A DNA stretch of 25,336 nucleotides, from positions 1 through 25,336 of the IMG/VR virus record IMGVR_UViG_3300048849_000019, one strand, 5' to 3'. The first letter of the stretch is position 1. Every line of letters begins with the position of its first letter. The notes under the pieces were generated by a model that saw nothing but the letters and a program-made list of their open reading frames with translations, was not told the DNA's origin and searched no databases. Below are positions 1 through 7,584 of this stretch, piece by piece. The DNA comes from a virus. Its lineage: Duplodnaviria > Caudoviricetes. The translations under genes were made by a program, and so were the position numbers.

Positions 1-154
1 TAGGGCGGCGCCGGCGCGCGAGTGCGTCGGCGGTGTTGGCCAGGCATAGGGCCAGAAGGGGGTCGGTCAGCGCTTCCTCGAGGGTGCCGCGCAGCTGGGC
101 CGCGCGGTGAGCGTGGGCGAGGGCGGCTTGGTCGGCGATCGGCGCGGCCATCAT
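1..154 (-). CDS. hypothetical phage early protein, 3' end outside the window
   Basis: ATG at 154 overlaps the primase stop (ATGA). The frame is open to the window edge: MMAAPIADQAALAHAHRAAQLRGTLEEALTDPLLALCLANTADALARRRRP. Not in the ORF track because it runs off the edge. Confidence 0.65.
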   Translation of the reverse strand, partial: MMAAPIADQAALAHAHRAAQLRGTLEEALTDPLLALCLANTADALARRRRP

Positions 155-2847
155 TTGCCCTCCCGAACGAACACCCACGCGCTGACCGTCGTCGACGTCG
201 TCGGCAGGTTGCTCTGCTGCTCGCGGATGACGCTGTTGACCTTCTTGATGTCGACGAAGCGGTAACGCTTCGAGGTCTTGAGCACCTTCTTCAGATCGCG
301 CAGTGCTGGCACCTGCTGACGGGCCTCGCTGGCGACGGTGATGAAGTGGTTGAGGTTGACGGCGATCAGGCTGTCGTCGCGGCTGTGATTCAGCTTCGGC
401 GCGGCTGGATCTGGGCCGTCCAGGTACTCGAAGGCTTCCCAAAACTCTTGCACCATCGGGTGATCGCTGCTGATGGCGGCCTGGCGCTCGATGGCCATGG
501 TGCGGATCTGGCGGTGCAGGGCGTCGCATTGGTCGGTCGTCATGGGCACGAGTTCTGCCAGGGCGTCGGCCAGCGCGGCCAGCTGCGCATGGTTCTTGGC
601 GATCCGCGTGCTTTTCACCTCGGGCATCGCCAGCATCGCCCGCTCATGGACGGGCGTGCGCTCGGCCAGCGTCTTCAGCACGTCGCGTTCGGCCTGGGCG
701 GCGCGCAGGATAAAGCCGCTCACGTCTTCCACGGGCATCGACTCCAGCGCCATCGCCGCTTCACGCGTCGCCGGCGTCTGGGCTGCTCGGTCGAACGTCA
801 GGTGCACGATGCGCTGCAGGATGGCGTCCGACGCCGACACCTCGGCGTTCTGACTGATGACGATGGCGCCGCGAAAGGGCGGCTCATACGTCTCGTTGCC
901 GCTTGTGACCATGCCGCGCGCGCGAACCGACCGGCCGTTGTACGCGGTCTTCAGTTCGTCCCAATCGAACGACTTGGCGTGGCTCTGGGCTTCGCCGATG
1001 CGCTCGCGGTCGGACTCGATCAGCACGACCGGCAGGCCGGACACCTGGGCGAAGTTCCGAGCACGCGCAGCGAGCGACGACTTCGACGGGTCGAAACCCT
1101 CGTAATCGCGCCGGCCGAAGAGCTTCCAGAGGAACTCGATGAGCGTGGACTTCCCGGCGCCGGCCTCGCCGACGACCTCGAGGAAGGGAAACGACTTCTG
1201 TTCCGCGCGGATCTGCTCGGCATACAGCGCGCCGAGCCAGAACGTGAGCGCCGCAAGACCCTTGGCACCGAAGCACGTCCACAGCAGGCGCAGCCAGTCG
1301 GCCTTATAGGCGGACGGCTCGCGCTCGATGGTCAGTTGAACCGACGCGTTCAGCGACTTCACCGACAGCGTGCCGATGTCGAAGAAGTCTTCGGCGTTGA
1401 TCTCGAACACCTTGCCGTCTTTCACGGCCACGTCGCCCAGCACATAGCATCCGTGGTCGCGGCTGTACCCGATGTAGTCGATGGTTTCGACACGTTTGAT
1501 GGCGTACAGCTGGCGCTCCATCATGCGCTCGAGCATGGCGTTCGTGCCGCTGTAGACAGCGCCCGGTGCCATGCCGAGCAACCGCTTCTTGAATTCGCTG
1601 GCCGTGCTGACCTGGCTCGCGCTGAAGGTGTTCTTCACCGCTGCGCCGCCGTGAGGGAACGACACGCGGAAGTAGTACCAGCTTTCGTCGGTGAGCTTGT
1701 TTTCCTGGAAGTACAGCGGCTGGGGGTAGCAGTTGGCAATGGGGCGGATGCCGCCGGCCTCCGACAGTGCACGCTCACGCATCTGCTCTTGCGTCAGGGT
1801 GTGGTCGCGCTGTTCCTCGCCGATGCGATCCATCGCCTTGTTGTAGGCGTCGAGGTCGAGCTTGAACCAGTACAGCCGATTCTCGAATTCAAGATCGAAT
1901 TCGGTGCGCTTGTTGTCGTGCTCGTAGATCAGCAGCGCCTTTTCGCTGGCCGACGCCGCGATGAGCACCGCGCCGTGATGGCGGTACTCCGTCATGGCGG
2001 CGGTGCCGAAGTGGCTGGGGCGGCCCTCGTCCCTGAAGCGGTCCATCAGGTGCAGATCGTTCCAGTCGACTTTGCGCGCCTTCTGCGGGATGACGGCGGC
2101 TTTCGTGATCCAGCCATCATCACGCGAGCGGTCGGCGAACTTCTTGATGCCGGCGCGGCCGGCGGCGTCGCCATCGAGCGCCCAGACGATGATCGTGGGC
2201 TGTCCATTGCGCGCCTGGCGGTACCTCGCAAGCGCCTCGCGCGGGTAGTTGGTCGACGACATGCACGCGGCGGCAGCAATGCCCTGATGCATGAGCGCGA
2301 TCGCGTCGAAGATGCCTTCGACGACCCACAGTTCTGCAGTGTCGGCCAGGTCCAGGGTCGGCGGCTGCCACCACTCGCCGACGTACTTGCCGCCGGTCTG
2401 GAAGCGCGCCTTCTGCTTGCCGAACCGCTCGGGCTGGTCGATCAGACGTTCCCACCAGGTGCCGGCGACGGGAAAGCGCACGGTCGACGAGCTTTGCGCG
2501 CCGCGTGCAAACGTCTCCTGGGTGAACCAGCCGCGGATCTTGGCCAAGTCGAAGCTGCGGCCGTCGCGCAAGTACGCCTCCGCGGCCGCATTCGGATTGT
2601 GGGGTTCTTCGCGCTGTGCGCGTTCCGTCCATCGGGTGAAAAGGTCGGAATACAGGTCTTTCACATGGAACTCCGCGCCGCATTTGTTCATGCGGCCGCA
2701 ACGCAGCACCCAGGGGTGCTCGGCATTGGTGTAGAGCTCCTTCTTCCTGCAGGCCGGGCATGTGCCCTGGCGAAGCCACCCGCCGACTTCCTTGAAATGG
2801 AATTCGCCGAGGCGCTGCAGGATGTCGTCGTGGAGTGTGGGGTTCAT
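151..2847 (-). CDS. phage DNA primase-helicase (Zn-binding + TOPRIM + P-loop NTPase), 898 aa
   Basis: N-terminal CPAC...CGRMNKC zinc ligands, TOPRIM motifs VVEGIFDAIAL and WALDGDAAG, Walker A GEAGAGKST, Walker B-like VVLIESD. Confidence 0.9.
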   Translation of the reverse strand: MNPTLHDDILQRLGEFHFKEVGGWLRQGTCPACRKKELYTNAEHPWVLRCGRMNKCGAEFHVKDLYSDLFTRWTERAQREEPHNPNAAAEAYLRDGRSFDLAKIRGWFTQETFARGAQSSSTVRFPVAGTWWERLIDQPERFGKQKARFQTGGKYVGEWWQPPTLDLADTAELWVVEGIFDAIALMHQGIAAAACMSSTNYPREALARYRQARNGQPTIIVWALDGDAAGRAGIKKFADRSRDDGWITKAAVIPQKARKVDWNDLHLMDRFRDEGRPSHFGTAAMTEYRHHGAVLIAASASEKALLIYEHDNKRTEFDLEFENRLYWFKLDLDAYNKAMDRIGEEQRDHTLTQEQMRERALSEAGGIRPIANCYPQPLYFQENKLTDESWYYFRVSFPHGGAAVKNTFSASQVSTASEFKKRLLGMAPGAVYSGTNAMLERMMERQLYAIKRVETIDYIGYSRDHGCYVLGDVAVKDGKVFEINAEDFFDIGTLSVKSLNASVQLTIEREPSAYKADWLRLLWTCFGAKGLAALTFWLGALYAEQIRAEQKSFPFLEVVGEAGAGKSTLIEFLWKLFGRRDYEGFDPSKSSLAARARNFAQVSGLPVVLIESDRERIGEAQSHAKSFDWDELKTAYNGRSVRARGMVTSGNETYEPPFRGAIVISQNAEVSASDAILQRIVHLTFDRAAQTPATREAAMALESMPVEDVSGFILRAAQAERDVLKTLAERTPVHERAMLAMPEVKSTRIAKNHAQLAALADALAELVPMTTDQCDALHRQIRTMAIERQAAISSDHPMVQEFWEAFEYLDGPDPAAPKLNHSRDDSLIAVNLNHFITVASEARQQVPALRDLKKVLKTSKRYRFVDIKKVNSVIREQQSNLPTTSTTVSAWVFVREGK

Positions 2848-2893
2848 TCTGTCGGGTGCGTAATGCGGTCGATCTGCAGGGGCCGGCGGCCGC

Positions 2894-3301
2894 TCAGCTG
2901 AGGTTCGCGGCTGTCAACCTGCCGGCGTCGGTGCGCGGCGCGGTCATGCCGCCACGAAGCACTACGGTGTCGGCATCCAGCCGAAGCAGGTGCAGCAGGT
3001 GGGCGGCCGTGATGGCGCGGGTGATGCCCTGCGCCGGATCGAAGACGAAGACGGTGGAAGAGGTCGACCGATCCAGGTCGATGCGCAGGCCTGTGCGGCT
3101 GCTCTCGACTTCACCGATGGCATGCGCGGCCATCGTTTCAGCGGTCTCGGCCGACAAGTCAGCTTTCGCCATCAGCATCTGAACGATCTTGCCCATCAGC
3201 GCGTCGCGCATCGGATGGCGAAGATCCGCCGGCAGGCGAGTACGGGCAAACTCGACGGCCTCGAAGTGCAGGGCGTCACGGTCGGTTCTGGCGCGGCTCA
3301 T
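2894..3301 (-). CDS. hypothetical phage early protein, 135 aa (MSRARTDRD...)
   Basis: Internal ATG at 3301 overlaps the ogr-like stop (ATGA). The longer 3655 start in the ORF track would overlap two other genes. Confidence 0.7.
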   Translation of the reverse strand: MSRARTDRDALHFEAVEFARTRLPADLRHPMRDALMGKIVQMLMAKADLSAETAETMAAHAIGEVESSRTGLRIDLDRSTSSTVFVFDPAQGITRAITAAHLLHLLRLDADTVVLRGGMTAPRTDAGRLTAANLS

Positions 3302-3564
3302 AGCAAGTTTCCTTGGCGAGGGTCGGTAAGCGCGGCGATCTGGCGTGCGCGGTCGACGTGGGGCGACATCGGCACCATCACGTCGGGGTTCAGGACAGGG
3401 GGGAGATTTAGCGAGCGCGCCGCCTCGAGGGTGGCGACCCACGCGAAATTGCAGTCGAGGTTCTGACAGACGAAGGTCAGCTCGCGCATCGTCGTGGACA
3501 TCTCGCGGCTGCGACGAACGATCGAGCGTGTTCCGCAATGCGGGCAGCACATGGAAATGACCAC
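3298..3564 (-). CDS. ogr: Ogr/Delta-family zinc-finger late-transcription activator
   Basis: CPHCG...RRSREMS...CQNLDC: C4 zinc finger with Ogr-like spacing, in a P2-like phage. The start could be GTG 3564 or the nearby ATG (MCCPHC). Confidence 0.9.
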   Translation of the reverse strand: MVISMCCPHCGTRSIVRRSREMSTTMRELTFVCQNLDCNFAWVATLEAARSLNLPPVLNPDVMVPMSPHVDRARQIAALTDPRQGNLL

Positions 3565-3570
3565 GATGAG

Positions 3571-3768
3571 TTATTTCCGGCGGCCGCGTTCGCGCAGGAA
3601 TGCCGCGAAGCCGCGATTCATCATGATCCGAGCGAAGGCAGCCAGCGACCGGCAATCCTCATCGGCGAAACGCCGAAGCTCGTCCATCTCTTTCTGCGTG
3701 ACACGCAACCCGATCATCCGGGTTGGAGCCTTTCGCTCACGAACAGGTAGCTTTGGTGTACGTTTCAT
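3571..3768 (-). CDS. small basic DNA-binding protein, probable ribbon-helix-helix fold (Cro/Cox position)
   Basis: 65 aa. MIGLRVTQKEMDELRRFADEDCRSLAAFARIMM fits an alternating beta strand plus two helices (Arc/CopG-like pattern). First gene divergent from the repressor. Confidence 0.7.
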   Translation of the reverse strand: MKRTPKLPVRERKAPTRMIGLRVTQKEMDELRRFADEDCRSLAAFARIMMNRGFAAFLRERGRRK

Positions 3769-3801
3769 GTTGTGACAGGTGATATCAAGCGTGACGCCTT
3801 G

Positions 3802-3830
3802 AGTATGGAAAACAAACGTTTACCTGTCAA
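3802..3830 (-). promoter_or_regulatory. sigma70-type early (lytic) promoter
   Basis: Minus strand reads TTGACA (3830-3825), 17-nt spacer, CATACT (3807-3802), pointing at the RHH-ogr-primase operon. Confidence 0.8.
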
Positions 3831-3855
3831 TACATTTGGAAAGCATATGTCTACT
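3807..3855. promoter_or_regulatory. two putative repressor operators
   Basis: GGAAAACAAACGTTTACC (3807-3824, imperfect palindrome) and GGAAAGCATATGTCTACT (3838-3855) match at 13 of 18 positions and start 31 bp apart. Confidence 0.55.
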
Positions 3856-4203
3856 TTGGGAGAGCGTTTACGCGAGGAGCGTGAGCGCCTTGGGCTCAAC
3901 CAGACTGCACTGGGGGAGATGGGGCGGGTGAGCAAGGTGTCGCAAATCAACTACGAGACAGGGAAGCGGTCACCTGCTGGCGACTATCTGGCTGCTGTGG
4001 CAGTTGTAGGCGTCGATGTTCTGTACGTAGTTACTGGCGTTCGCACCCCAACGGGACCAGCAGCTTTGGACGCAGATACCCAGGGAATGGTCGACCTGTA
4101 TCAGAGGCTTCCGGTCGAAGACCGGGTCGCCATGAAGCGACTTGCCAATTCGGCAGCTGAACATGCCGGAGAGCCGAAGAAGCGCGCGCGCGGCGGCGAA
4201 TGA
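3847..4203 (+). CDS. XRE-family HTH phage immunity repressor, 118 aa
   Basis: MSTLGERLREERERLGLNQTALGEMGRVSKVSQINYETGKRSP...GVDVLYVVTG is a typical HTH_3/XRE phage repressor N-terminus. ATG 3847 is preferred because the upstream starts lie in the promoter/operator region. Confidence 0.9.
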   Translation: MSTLGERLREERERLGLNQTALGEMGRVSKVSQINYETGKRSPAGDYLAAVAVVGVDVLYVVTGVRTPTGPAALDADTQGMVDLYQRLPVEDRVAMKRLANSAAEHAGEPKKRARGGE

Positions 4204-4267
4204 CTCCGCGTATTAAATGGCTTGTAAGAATAATTAAGCTGCAAACGAAAAACTAAGCTGAGGCCGT

Positions 4268-5347
4268 ATGTCAACTGCAAACACGCGCGCAAAGGTGGCC
4301 GTGATGGGACAATTCGAACAAGTTGAGCGACGGAAACTCGCATTTTCATTTCGACGTGTTCAGAACCATTTAAACGCTGCCGGTATGCCTAGCGCGCAAG
4401 GATGGGACGCGTTGCGCGAAAAATATGATGCAATGGGGGTGGATAAGGACTGGACCAGCTTCGTTAACCCCGTGAAACAACTGCAGTTGGCATCACTCAG
4501 CAGCGGAAAGACAGCGGTGTCGGTATTTGAGATTGGCATTCCGCAGGTAACTTTGATGGCGGGGAGGGCGGCCGAACTGTTGGACCTCCAGTCTCCGTTC
4601 CACGCACGCTATCCGCGACTACTGGCAGACACGAATCTCGCTGCGGAGTCCATGAATGGGAAGTTCATTCGGCGCTTGGTATATGCCGACGGTTCGATAG
4701 CGTTGGTGGCGTGCGGGAAGCGGATTTACCGAGAGCGCGTAGTCCTAGCCTTAACAGCCACGCAACGCGCCGCGCTCGGCTCTTTCGACCAAGTGATAGG
4801 TGTGAGAGACCATATCGTTCAGTTCTTTGATCGTGTAGTTTTTCGACCGAGCCTGGGCATTGTCGATATTTTTGTTGATCAATGTTGTCCCGGCGGATTG
4901 CCAAAAGATCAAATTGAGAGCATCCAGGACTACTATGCGGTGATAATAAACAATCATTTTCGTAGCAATTTTTCTGGCAATGTTTTTCCTGGTAGAAAAA
5001 ATCTTTTTCCGCTAATACAACAGTTCTACGATGATCCTGACGGGCGCGTCACCGAGCTGAGCCATGCCACCTCTACGAATTCGATAAAGCATGAAAAAAT
5101 GCGAGGCAAGGAGGATGATTTGCGTTCCGAGGAGTTTCATTCGGTCGGGCTCGGTGCGGTCGACTTCACAGACATCTTCGCGATTAAGAAAGAATGGCCG
5201 AGCTTCGGCGGTATCGGCCTTCCGTCTATCGAGTTGCCCGGACAGTTTTCGGCTGCTTCGGATGTCACGCCACGCTTGGAATATGCAATAATCGACGGGT
5301 GCGCTAAGAGAATCGAGGTCGAGGGAATGGTAGGTAAACTTCACTGA
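4268..5347 (+). CDS. hypothetical protein, 359 aa (cargo gene 1, putative defence component)
   Basis: Long ORF in lower-GC DNA and first of three coupled genes. I recognise no catalytic motif or transmembrane segment. Confidence 0.85.
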   Translation: MSTANTRAKVAVMGQFEQVERRKLAFSFRRVQNHLNAAGMPSAQGWDALREKYDAMGVDKDWTSFVNPVKQLQLASLSSGKTAVSVFEIGIPQVTLMAGRAAELLDLQSPFHARYPRLLADTNLAAESMNGKFIRRLVYADGSIALVACGKRIYRERVVLALTATQRAALGSFDQVIGVRDHIVQFFDRVVFRPSLGIVDIFVDQCCPGGLPKDQIESIQDYYAVIINNHFRSNFSGNVFPGRKNLFPLIQQFYDDPDGRVTELSHATSTNSIKHEKMRGKEDDLRSEEFHSVGLGAVDFTDIFAIKKEWPSFGGIGLPSIELPGQFSAASDVTPRLEYAIIDGCAKRIEVEGMVGKLH

Positions 5348-5355
5348 ATGCGTTC

Positions 5356-5772
5356 ATGAAACTTCAGGTTGCCATATCTCTGATTAATGAGGATCTCGGG
5401 CCTATGCCTGAAATCCGTGATATGTGTATTTCCATCGTCAAGTACCTCGCATCGGCCGATCCGAAGCTACTTCGACGTGTTTCGTTTCGCATGTTGCAGG
5501 AGATCACCAAGGTCGAAGACCCTGCCGAGATGCTCCCTGCTGTTCAATATTTGAACGGAGCTAGAGTTAAGGCTTTGGCTCTAAGATTTAATTTTGTTAT
5601 CGACGACTACGAGGCAGAGATTGATGCCGATGTTGTCGAGACGGCACGCTCAGAAGGGCGCTTTTATCATCCAGAGACTGGCGATCCGGTCGACAATTTT
5701 GAAAGCAAGATATTCGTTCATTTCGTGCCTGGTAAGGACGGTGTCGAGTTTGCTGGGGCGGAATCTGAATGA
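5356..5772 (+). CDS. hypothetical protein, 138 aa (cargo gene 2, possible winged-helix-like)
   Basis: Starts 8 nt after the gene 1 stop. Helical N-terminal half, then beta-strand-like LALRFNFVID and FYHPETG. The fold is inferred. Confidence 0.8.
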   Translation: MKLQVAISLINEDLGPMPEIRDMCISIVKYLASADPKLLRRVSFRMLQEITKVEDPAEMLPAVQYLNGARVKALALRFNFVIDDYEAEIDADVVETARSEGRFYHPETGDPVDNFESKIFVHFVPGKDGVEFAGAESE

Positions 5773-6509
5773 GCCTCGGTGATATGTCGCTGGCTACTCT
5801 GGCCAGTCTGGGAGATCTCCATCCGACCTACGCGCGTGTCGTGCAGCGTATGTTGGTTGCCAGTTATCCTGCCTTCGTCGATCTGCTTCATAAAGATATC
5901 GATGCCTGTGTCGGCATTTTGGAAGAGGATCCAGGCGCGCGGGGAGAAAGTGGCGAAGATTTTCTCACTACTGAAATCGCCGGCATGCTGCGTTGCATGT
6001 CTTACGACGCCAGGAGGGAAGAGCGCGTAGGTGGTCATGCTGATCTGGTCGTTCGCCATGCACAAGGCTATCTCTGGGTCTGCGAGGCGAAGGTTCATGG
6101 TGCCTACGATCATCTGCTTCAGGGTTTCAATCAGTTGGTTACTCGTTACTCGCTGGGTACACCGAATTGCGATCTGGGCGGGGTGCTGATTTACATCCGC
6201 AATAAGAACGCAGCCGCCGTTGTGGCGAACTGGAAAACCCATTTAACGGTTCATGGCGGTCCCGGCCTTGTCTTCGAGACATGCAATGCGCGCGATGATC
6301 TGGCCTTCTATAGCACGCACAATCATGAGCGAACGGGCCGGCCATTTAAAATTCGGCATATGGGCGTAGTCCTAAATTTCGACCCTCAAGATAAAGCTCA
6401 GCCTTCGACCGCAGGCACGGGATCTCACGCCTCGGCATCGGCGCCTCCTTTGCAAGTCGCCGTGGCTGCGATCTTGCCGACAACGCCGACAGCGACTCAA
6501 ACGAATTGA
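5769..6509 (+). CDS. putative PD-(D/E)xK restriction-endonuclease-fold nuclease, 246 aa (cargo gene 3)
   Basis: ATGA overlap with gene 2. Motif series E63 (GEDFLT), D92 (GHADLVV), E106-x-K108 (WVCEAK), then QLVTRY. Confidence 0.75.
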   Translation: MSLGDMSLATLASLGDLHPTYARVVQRMLVASYPAFVDLLHKDIDACVGILEEDPGARGESGEDFLTTEIAGMLRCMSYDARREERVGGHADLVVRHAQGYLWVCEAKVHGAYDHLLQGFNQLVTRYSLGTPNCDLGGVLIYIRNKNAAAVVANWKTHLTVHGGPGLVFETCNARDDLAFYSTHNHERTGRPFKIRHMGVVLNFDPQDKAQPSTAGTGSHASASAPPLQVAVAAILPTTPTATQTN

Positions 6510-6552
6510 TTGGTAATCGTTTTGACTGACGACCGGAGCAGGTCGACTGCGC

Positions 6553-7584
6553 TCAATCGTCGCCGTCCGAAGTGTCCGGCGGATCTTCGACCAGGTCGGG
6601 CCGGTCGGTGGTCTCGAGCTCGAGTGATGTTGTAAATCCGCTGCTGCTGAGCTCGTGGACGGCGCGTGCTGTGATCCAGGTCGTGGCGCTGATCTGCTGC
6701 TTCATGCCGGTGAAGCGGACGCTCGTCTGCGGTGCGAGATCCGCGCGTCCGTAGGCCAACGTGAAATGCATCGTTGCGGCGCCACGCTGGACCCGCTCCC
6801 ATTCGGCCTTCGCGGCGTCCAGCGCGTCGCGCTCGCTGGCATAGGTGTCGCGCAGCCGCTTTGCGTTGCCGGACACGCCGGCGATGACGCTGCGCCGCTG
6901 CGCTTTCCTCGGGTCATGCCAGTACGCGCGCACGCCGCTGTAGGAGTCGCGCCCGGCTTCCTGGTACCGGTGTCGATCGCCGTCGACGCGCGCGATCGTG
7001 ATGGTGGGCAATGGCGTGCCGCTGGCCGTCGCCGACATGCGCGCCGGCAGGAACAGCAGATGGCCCGATTTCACAGTGGCCACGGCGTCGAAGCGCTTGC
7101 CGAGCCTGGTCAGGAAGTGCAGGTCGGATTCCGCCGCCTGGTCGATGTGGTCGATCACGGTGCCGGCGGCCGCGCCGACCCGCGCGGCCAGGCCGTGGTC
7201 GCCGGCGATCGCGGCGACGATCTGCCCGATCGTCTGGCCGTGGAAACTGCGATCTTTCCGCACGCGCATGGCTTCCTGCATGTCAGCGCTGCGCGCCCGG
7301 ATGGTCAGGATGTCGGGCGCGCCGCTGTGCTCGACCTCGTCGACAATAAATCGGCCCTTCTGCACCAGGCCGGTGTCGGCCCACCCGAGGGCAACTGTCA
7401 GGGCGACGCCTTTGCGCGGGATGGCGACCTGGCCGTCGTGATCGCTGATGACGATGTCCAGCTGGTCGACTTCCTCGCTGCGCGCTTCGGTGATGCGAAG
7501 GCTCTGCAGGCGCGGCGCGATCTTCGCGCTCAGGTCTTTCCCGTCGAGCGTCACCCGCCAGGCCGGCGTCCGGTGCCCGCTCAT
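6553..7584 (-). CDS. D: P2 gpD-like tail/baseplate hub (late control D) protein
   Basis: DQLDIVISDHDG, LGWADTGLVQKGRFIVDEVEHSGAPD, HIDQAAESDLHFLTRL. Last gene of the tail operon, after U. Confidence 0.93.
   Translation of the reverse strand: MSGHRTPAWRVTLDGKDLSAKIAPRLQSLRITEARSEEVDQLDIVISDHDGQVAIPRKGVALTVALGWADTGLVQKGRFIVDEVEHSGAPDILTIRARSADMQEAMRVRKDRSFHGQTIGQIVAAIAGDHGLAARVGAAAGTVIDHIDQAAESDLHFLTRLGKRFDAVATVKSGHLLFLPARMSATASGTPLPTITIARVDGDRHRYQEAGRDSYSGVRAYWHDPRKAQRRSVIAGVSGNAKRLRDTYASERDALDAAKAEWERVQRGAATMHFTLAYGRADLAPQTSVRFTGMKQQISATTWITARAVHELSSSGFTTSLELETTDRPDLVEDPPDTSDGDD

Noticed and set aside
22-2901. 959-aa plus-strand ORF
   Set aside because: Antisense shadow of the primase-helicase gene. 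It has no motifs and is typical of high-GC codon bias.
3772-3846. Longer N-terminus for the repressor given in the ORF track
   Set aside because: It would run through the divergent promoter and operators. The HTH domain begins right after ATG 3847.
4268-6509. Cargo as a restriction-modification, CBASS, retron or ABC-ATPase system
   Set aside because: No methyltransferase, nucleotidyltransferase, reverse-transcriptase or Walker A motifs are visible in the three proteins.
6510-6552. Possible terminator between the cargo operon and gene D (CGACC-GGAGCA-GGTCG)
   Set aside because: Only a 5-bp stem with no adjacent U-tract on either strand, which is too weak to call.
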